Positions 35,898-43,137 of a stretch of DNA of 43,137 nt are shown here, piece by piece. Positions within the stretch are counted from its first letter, which is position 1, and each line of letters opens with the position of its first letter. This stretch comes from Octopus bimaculoides (lineage: Eukaryota). The notes beneath the pieces were generated by a model, which saw only the letters and a program-made list of their open reading frames with translations, ran no database searches and was not told the DNA's origin. A program made the position numbers and the translations under genes. The stretch lies in assembly GCF_001194135.2 (NCBI RefSeq), contig NC_068982.1, forward strand, positions 59,498,260 through 59,541,396. Direction: 5' to 3'.

Positions 35898-37656
35898 TAT
35901 CAGAAGCTGTATCACTGCAACAAATTTTGATTTGCATTCCCTAACTCTAACCCTAACCATTTCTAATAGAGATACAAGGCCATCAATTTGTAGGGAAGAA
36001 ATAGTTAATTATATCAACTCCAGCACTTGATTTGCACTTTATTTTAATGACCCTATCAGAATGAAAAATAAAATTAACCTTAGAGGCATTTTAACACAAG
36101 ACACAAAGAACTGACAAGGTTGTGCACTTATTGTTCTTTTTGTGCTCTTTCCATGAAATCACTTCAATAACTGCTACTTTTCCCACGTAATTCTTCAAAT
36201 TAATTCATGAAAAAATTACTCCTCTGCATGGAATTTGGTCATAAATTGTGCTTCAGGCCTTCTAAATATAGGAAAGAGCAGAAGACGACTGGCTGAAAAC
36301 TTCTGTTAAAACTCCAAGTTTGTCATAGATTTTTAGATTAATGCTTTCTTGCCTGAATTTGATATCCTTTGTGAACATTTACGTCTGATTCTTCCTTTTG
36401 CTTGCCAATACCATCTCAAGGAGTCTTATCAGAAACAATGTTTAAATAGTTTTACATTGTACTTCTTTTGCAAAATTGTCACATAACACATCTGGTTTAT
36501 GTGATCCTACATCTTAGTACTTATGTAATCTTTTACATCATGTATGTTTATTCTATGTTAGTCTTGCACTAAATCTCTTATGACTACTCTTATTAAATAG
36601 TTCATACATTTTAGTCCCCTGTAACTTATGTTGCTAAAGTATCAGAGGCCAAGATAATTAATATTATTATTTTTATTAATAAAGAAAATACTTATTGTTA
36701 TTATCATCTTTATTTTCATCATTATCATTATTTATTACCATCATAATCATCAACATCAATATAATCATTATAACATTTTAGCAAAACCTATTATGTTTAC
36801 AAAATTTATTTCTCTTCTTAATTTCCCTCTAGATTTATATGTTAGACAGATATGGCGTTTAGCAGTTTAAATGCCATCATTCTACGTAATAAATGAAGTT
36901 AATAAATTCTATGTCATTTTCAATAATGTATGTAATTTCAAGTTTTGAATCTGGTTAGCTTATGTGGATAGGAAATCTAATAGGGAAATAACAGTACATA
37001 TCCTTTCAAAATTACATCATATCTGATATCGTAAAATATTGTGGGAAAATGTAAAGGAAAATGTATTTTAACATATGCTTCTCAGAACTTGGATCAAATG
37101 TTGTAAATTATGCTTAGTAAAGTGGGTGAGAAAAAAATGACACTTCTTTAAGTTACTGTAAAAATATTACCAAATGATCTACTGCTAAGATATATTTGAA
37201 AAAGTGTTTAAGAGAGCCACAAATGATTTAGAATGATATAGAAAAAATATTCCAGGGAAAATGTAAACTATATGAGTTGGGTGGCCACTTGTTTTTAACT
37301 TTATGAGACAATGTATATGAAATATATAAAAGTTGTTTTGTTGTGGTGGCCCTGATATTACAAACTGAAGCTTACAAAAGTCATTGAAGATTGGTAATTA
37401 AACTTGCTAAAAATAGCAGCTAAATCTCCCCTTTATTCCACTTTACTTTTTCAAAAATTTCACTCCACACTTATAAGTCATGGGCTTAATCCTGCTATAT
37501 GGCACTGTGAACAAATATCTTTATCATAATTTTGGATTACATCCAAACCTGTGATAGACACTGCATAGAAGCCCATTGGACTGATTTTACCAGTAATTCA
37601 AAATTCTGTCTTTAGAGCATATTGTGCCATGCTGATTTGGCTTAGAACCATATTAA

Positions 37657-39191
37657 CCTTTTAGCATTTAAACTAGCCATATCCAAACCAAACACTCTAC
37701 TTGTTGGATCTTTTCAATCTCAGTCACAGATTTTTTAATTATTTTTTTTTAACTAAACTGTTTGAAACTTCGGACACTGGTTGAATGTTTCACATAGAAC
37801 ACGGTTTACTCTTCATGTTTTTGACAAAAGTTTGTATTTTAGAAGTTATTTCATGTTAAAGTTGTCATATTTGTGTAATTTTAACCAATCAGTGATGTGT
37901 ATTCACCTGAAGAAAGTTACTGCTGTTTGCAAAAGTTATGGAAGAGTGACAACATCTGGGTCATCGGGTCATCTGTTTTGGACACTGCATACATATATGT
38001 ACGTAAATACACAGACACTTGTATACGTATACACACACACACACACACCAATACATATACACACATGCAACTCATAGAATGCTGAGGAAAGGAAGGGAGG
38101 TGGGTGTGAGGAATACATAGCTTTAAGGAGGAAGGGGGATTGTGAAGTTGACGTCAGTTGTTCATGCAGCGTTTCTGCTGTCCATCACACACACACACAC
38201 ACACACACACACATTCATATGTAAAGCTGATAAAACCCCGAATGGGAGCAAGGAAAAGGTGAGGGTTTAATAAATTAATATGCAGTGGTGGGGGATTGCT
38301 AAGTTTATATAAGCTGTCGTTCAGATTGTCAACACACCACTACTCTCTCCTTTCTCTCTCTCCCTCCCTCTCTCTCTCTCACTCTCTCTTTCTCTTTACG
38401 ATTTGTCACATTAAAAAAATCAGGGGCAATCGCTGAACGAGTTAACTGAAAACGATTAAAATGTGTATTTGTGTGTATGTACATGTCTGTAAGTGTATGT
38501 GTGTATGTATGCATGTATGTATGTATGTATGTGTGTGAGAAAATGTGAGAATCTGTATAGTTACTTGACCTGCTGGAAATAATAGCCAAATCTCAATGTC
38601 ACACGCTAACATTAAATAAACAAGAGGACACATTGGATAAGATGAAAAAAAATACACACACACACATACACGTATGTATTCCCTATAAAAAAACTTTCTA
38701 TTTTTCTCAACCACATTTCTTATCTTTTATACTTTTCGCTCACCTGTCTCTCTCTCTCTCTCTCTCTCTCTTTCAATGACCCAGAAGTTGTTGCTCTTCC
38801 ATTACTTTTGCAAACAGCAGTAACTTTCTTCAGCTGAATGCACATCACTAATTGGTTGAAATTGCCCAAATACGACATCCTTAACACGAAATAACTTCTA
38901 AAATACAAAATTTTGTCAAAAACGTTAAGAGTAAACCATGTTCTACGTGACACATTCAACCAGTATCCAAAGTTTCAAACTGTTTAGTTAAAAAAAAATT
39001 CATTAAAAAATCTGTGACTGAGATTGAAAGGATCCTACTTGTTTTAGGTTCAAACTGACCAGATATAGCCTCTAACTGCTACTCTACAATGTCATTCTAA
39101 AATGTCATCAACGTCTTGAAGCTGTGATTAATTCAAAGCAATGTGAATAAGCAAGAATTACACTTGACAGAATAACCCGAATGCTAAAGCA
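37657..39191. mobile_element. TTAA piggyBac-like MITE split by a nested insertion
   Basis: TTAA(37653-56)CCTTTTAGCATT … AATGCTAAAGCA-TTAA(39192-95). The left 49 bp plus the right 148 bp rejoin to match 12480-12699. Confidence 0.88.
37706..39035. mobile_element. Non-autonomous long-TIR element (Mutator/Foldback-like), 1330 bp
   Basis: TIRs at 37706-37964 and 38776-39035 (~260 bp, ~90% identical by hand count). Termini GGATC…GATCC. TSD TACTTGTT at 37698-37705 and 39036-39043. Confidence 0.88.
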
Positions 39192-39245
39192 TTAATAGTA
39201 CACATGTCAGTAAAACACTCAGCAACTTATATATTAATTCAAAAT

Positions 39246-39285
39246 GAGTTCCGCATTCAGTTGACTGAATGCTCATCAGCAAAAC
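39246..39285 (-). ncRNA. Degenerate hammerhead-like motif
   Basis: Minus strand: CTGATGA GCATTCAG-tcaa-CTGAATGC GGAA CTC. Perfect 8-bp stem II, GAAA changed to GGAA, stem I partner missing. Confidence 0.55.
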
Positions 39286-39344
39286 AAACTGAAATTTTAT
39301 TATCATCATAGTTAAAAAAAATCAATGCATATTTGTTTTTCATT

Positions 39345-39350
<6 letters not shown>

Positions 39351-39383
<33 letters not shown>

Positions 39384-39406
39384 ATAATAATAATAATAAT
39401 AATAAT
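39351..39406. repeat. (TAT)n-(AAT)n self-complementary microsatellite
   Basis: Directly visible strand switch at 39382. Confidence 0.95.
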
Positions 39407-39440
39407 AGTAACATTGAGGAGTGCCTTGAGGTTTCTCCAA

Positions 39441-39486
39441 GACACCTGATGAGGGCTGGAGGGTGTATCAGCTGAAGCGTTGTGTT
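39441..39486 (+). ncRNA. Degenerate minimal hammerhead-like motif in a PLE-type remnant (~39415-39560)
   Basis: GACAC CTGATGA G GGCTG-gagggtgtat-CAGCT GAAG CG TT | GTGTT. Stems I and II pair, but GAAA is changed to GAAG. Confidence 0.6.
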
Positions 39487-39777
39487 GGCGACAAGCATGA
39501 TGAGGACAAGTATCTGTGAAATGTAAAAAAAAATGTAAGTAATTCCTCATCTCCTAAAATCCTAGTGTTTATGTCTGAATCAATCACATTGGCTTTGCTT
39601 ATTGTGAAGTGACAGCAAAACATGCTGGTAATATCTCATCAGTGAAGATGAAAATGAGACTGTGAAGGTCTAGAAACTTTGATGAGAGAAATAGGAATTG
39701 TGTTATTTCAAACAGCAAGAAACACATTCAAAAAATTGAGAGAAAAAAGAAACATTGAAAAATATAAAACTAGACTA

Positions 39778-39931
39778 GCACCCACTACACTCTCAGAGTG
39801 GTTGGCGTTAGGAAGGGCATCAAGCTGTAGAAACTCTTCCAAATCAGATTGGAGCCTGGTGTAGCCATCTGGTACACCAGTCCTCAGTCAAATCGTCCAA
39901 CCCATGCTAGCATGGAGGGTGGACGTTAAAC

Positions 39932-39967
<36 letters not shown>
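39778..39967 (+). mobile_element. RTE LINE 3' UTR with long (GAT)n tail
   Basis: GCACCCACTACACTCTCAGAGTGGTTGGCG…GGACGTTAAAC(GAT)n. Confidence 0.92.
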
Positions 39968-41422
39968 AGTGGTAGGGTGAGATTTGAAGGAGTTTTGACT
40001 GGTATTTCTAGCAGACCAAAGGAATGCTTAGAATGCTTCCATCTTGGCTCATTGACTACAGTTAGCTGGAGGTGGGATTACTAATCAACAACAGAAACAA
40101 CAAAAACTGCTGGTGGTAATCTCTCTAAAAATAATATTATTACTGTTGTTGAACTCATGAAAATGATGTCAATTTTTTTCTCTCCCATATAATCAATCAG
40201 CTCTCTACCCACTTATAATAAAGCTTTCCATATTATATCAATAATGCTGCTACCAAGCATCTATCATGATCTTATATAGTACTTCACATCGACAAGGTTT
40301 GCCAACAAATTTCCTCACCTTATTCTACACCTACATTATTTCTGATATCTTAATCTTTCACTGGAAACTTAACTGATCAGATATGTGAGCAGGTAAAAGT
40401 TCTTGACAATTTATTTTGCCAAAATTTCAATGAGATTCATTCTTGCTCACATCTCCCTTGAGGTTCTACTGACACTCTGCCATGCCTGTAATTGTTATTG
40501 CACAGAAGCCAGTTTTGTGAGCAAGAAACGAGAATATAGTATGGCTGTGATAGTGCAAGAGATGTAGGTGTTGAGAGAAAAACACACACACACACACACA
40601 CACGCAAACACACACACACAAACATACATTCATACACATACACTAAGTTATTGAGTACTGAGAATATTTGGTCATTTAGAGAAAAAAAAATGTCACAACT
40701 AGCCTCATGCTTTTCACTACTTGGATGCCAAGAAAGCTGTGAAGACATTGTTCATTGACTCCTTGTCTACTCATCTACTATCTTCTTTATTTTCAATTGC
40801 TTCTTAGGTAATATGTGCAAAGGATATAGGACAATTATGGTTGACTGCTTAGAAGAGAAATAATCTCTTCATCTGGGAGAATAAAAGTAACCAAATGCTG
40901 TTTATAATGTGCTGTATCCAACACTGGCTCATGGCATTGTATGTGTATGCGTGTGTGTATGTGTGTGTGTGTGTGCGTGTGTGCATATGTATGTATGTAT
41001 GTGTGTGTTCACATATATATGTGTGTGTGTGTGTGTGTGCGTGCGTGCTTATGCACATGCACATATAAATGTTAAACTGAAGTTACTATACTAAAACAAC
41101 TTAGAAACTAACAAAGGAATATTTACTGTTGGAGAACTCAATACTGAGTACAGACTCAAATTTATTGTAAAATTTATTTCCAATGGGATTTTAAATTTCA
41201 TCTTTTCTTTTTCACTAATTAAATAACTTGTTAGGTTATACATATATATATTAAATTCAAATTACGACAAACGTAAATAAACAAACGAAGTTTGCTTTTA
41301 GAAGCGTTGAGATGTCCTTTAGAAAGTTAAAGAAGTGATTTTAAATTCTCAATCGCAGAATAATGCTAATAATATAGCCTGAACAGGATAAATTATCCCT
41401 ATTTTGTAGAGAAAAGTGTAGG

Positions 41423-41497
41423 TGGCTAGCTGTGGACTCAAACTCACATCCCCGTGATTACATGTCACGATGCTTTGACCGATTAAGCTAAGCTACC
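41423..41497 (-). pseudogene. tRNA-Thr(TGT)-like pseudogene / tRNA-derived head
   Basis: GGTAGCT TA GCTT-aatcggtca-AAGC A TCGTGA-caTGTaa-TCACGG GGAT GTGAG-TTTGAG-TCCAC AGCTAGCCA. Cloverleaf with an acceptor bulge, TTTGA instead of TTCGA and a flawed T-stem. Confidence 0.65.
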
Positions 41498-41970
41498 CAC
41501 TACAAATTCCACTGCAAATAAAGATATATAAATCTCGCTTTATGAGACGCTCTCANNNNNNNNNNNNNNNNNNNNNNNNNNNNNNNNNNNNNNNNNNNNN
41601 NNNNNNNNNNNNNNNNNNNNNNNNNNNNNNNNNNNNNNNNNNNNNNNNNNNNNNNNNNNNNNNNNNNNNNNNNNNNNNNNNNNNNNNNNNNNNNNNNNNN
41701 NNNNNNNNNNNNNNNNNNNNNNNNNNNNNNNNNNNNNNNNNNNNNNNNNNNNNNNNNNNNNNNNNNNNNNNNNNNNNNNNNNNNNNNNNNNNNNNNNNNN
41801 NNNNNNNNNNNNNNNNNNNNNNNNNNNNNNNNNNNNNNNNNNNNNNNNNNNNNNNNNNNNNNNNNNNNNNNNNNNNNNNNNNNNNNNNNNNNNNNNNNNN
41901 NNNNNNNATATATATATATATATATATATATACATACATACATATATATGCATACATACATATATGTATT

Positions 41971-42306
41971 TGATGGAAATGCTTAGGTTGGAGAAATCGG
42001 TGGAATGGTTGGCAAGGGCAAATGGAGTGAGGTCGGTGTTGAGGAGGGATGAAGAGCATGTTCTGAGGAGGGTGACTGCGCTTGAGATAAATGGAGCGTT
42101 AAAGTGAGGTAGACTGAGGAAAACGTGGAGGGGACAGGTGGAGGAACAGATTGGGAGGGTTGGTTTGAAAATGGAAGATGTTCAAAACCAGGTAAGATGG
42201 CGAGATGGTGTGAGATGGTTGCTATGGCATTTAGGTAGATCCGGCCACCCCGGTTAACAAGGACAAAACCTGGATTTAAAATACTGGAAGATGATGATGA
42301 TGATGA
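41971..42306 (+). mobile_element. Second RTE-clade LINE subfamily, ORF C-terminus + short UTR + (GAT)n, degenerate
   Basis: From 41973: MEMLRLEKSVEWLARANGVR-SVLRRDEEHVLRR…K*GRLRKTWRGQVEE…GL…RWRDGVR. This is an RTE C-terminal pattern with WYGH deleted and one stop. Not in the ORF track. Confidence 0.85.
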
Positions 42307-42451
42307 ACCATACATACATATATATATATATACCTATAAACATGCATGCATTCATATATGCATATATACATATATATTTACATGCATATATACATATATA
42401 CATACATATATATATATATAAATATATGTATGTATGTATGTATGTACACAT

Positions 42452-42745
42452 GTTGTAGATGCATCTGATGAGAACCCAATAAGTTTCGAAACTGTTACAT
42501 ATATATTATTTCATACCTTGATAGTGTGTGGACTTAAACCCATGTTGACAAGCTCCTGGTATTTATAAAGTGTTAAACACTTTCAGCATGCAAATTTGGG
42601 ACTCCTTCATAGAGTAACTGCTGCATTTCTTGAGTATATAATCAGTTTGACTGTTTATTTTGCTGGAGACTATCAGAATGAGTGTGGACGCCTCTGATGA
42701 GAATCCAATATGGTTCAAAAATCGATTAAAGGTGTTCATTATTTT
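42452..42745 (+). mobile_element. Tandem pair of hammerhead-like motifs 229 nt apart (PLE/retrozyme-like unit)
   Basis: CTGATGA at 42465 and 42694, each followed by GAA(C/T)C-caata(a/t)-G(T/G)TTC and GAAA/AAAA. The upstream flanks are homologous (TGTAGATGCAT/TGTGGACGCCT). Confidence 0.6.
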
Positions 42746-42898
42746 TTTTCAGTCTGCTAAAATTTGCCCTGCTTATAATTATACCATATGTTACATACAT
42801 ATATATATATATGCATACATATATACAAATGTATATATACATACATGTATAGATATATATACATACATATATGTACATATACATACAGACATGCATAT

Positions 42899-42949
42899 AT
42901 GAATATATACATGCATAAATACGTATATGGATATATATACATACATACA

Positions 42950-42982
<33 letters not shown>

Positions 42983-43137
42983 GAATATATACATGCATAA
43001 ATACGTATATGGATATACATACATACATACATATATGAATATATACATGCATAAATACGTATATGGATATACATACATACATACATATATGAATATATAC
43101 ATGCATAAATACGTATATGGATATACATACATACATA
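42899..43137. repeat. 54-bp minisatellite built from TA/TACA microsatellite, 4 copies
   Basis: The core GAATATATACATGCATAAATACGTATATGGATATA starts at 42901, 42983, 43037 and 43091 (periods 82, 54, 54). Confidence 0.95.

Noticed and set aside
40530-40553. TATCACAGCC on the minus strand (miR-2 family 5' end)
   Set aside because: There is no complementary arm, so no pre-miRNA hairpin.
41423-41497. Functional tRNA-Thr gene
   Set aside because: It has an acceptor-stem bulge, a TTTGA T-loop and a mispaired T-stem, so it is called a pseudogene instead.
4482-42059. Long ORFs of 130-416 aa in the ORF track
   Set aside because: They are open only because they span N-gaps or dinucleotide repeats (X runs, YIYI/CVCV/HTHT translations).

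Overview
AT-rich, repeat-dense, essentially non-coding metazoan DNA from a gapped draft assembly with 7 N-runs, most abutting (TA)n. The repeat families (tRNA-headed CORE-type and Nin/Deu-type SINEs, RTE LINEs with ATG/GAT tails) point to an octopus genome; this is inference from family resemblance. No cellular protein-coding gene could be identified, and almost all long ORFs in the track are artefacts of gaps or microsatellites. Supported content: (1) remnants of RTE-clade LINEs, namely two C-terminal ORF ends, one endonuclease/linker fragment and several copies of a 3' UTR containing a ~65-bp hairpin repeat; (2) many SINE copies, some in inverted clusters; (3) hAT-like and TTAA/piggyBac-like MITEs; (4) a 1.33-kb element with ~260-bp TIRs and an 8-bp TSD nested inside a TTAA MITE; (5) two long fold-back palindromes; (6) a Thr-tRNA-like pseudogene; (7) a few splice-compatible short exon candidates. 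The most interesting signal is a set of minimal type-I hammerhead-ribozyme-like motifs in Penelope/retrozyme-type remnants. It includes a near-intact motif at 82-126 and a tandem pair 229 nt apart at 42.45-42.75 kb. All alignments and pairings were done by eye, and none of the ribozyme, exon or family calls has been computationally or experimentally confirmed.
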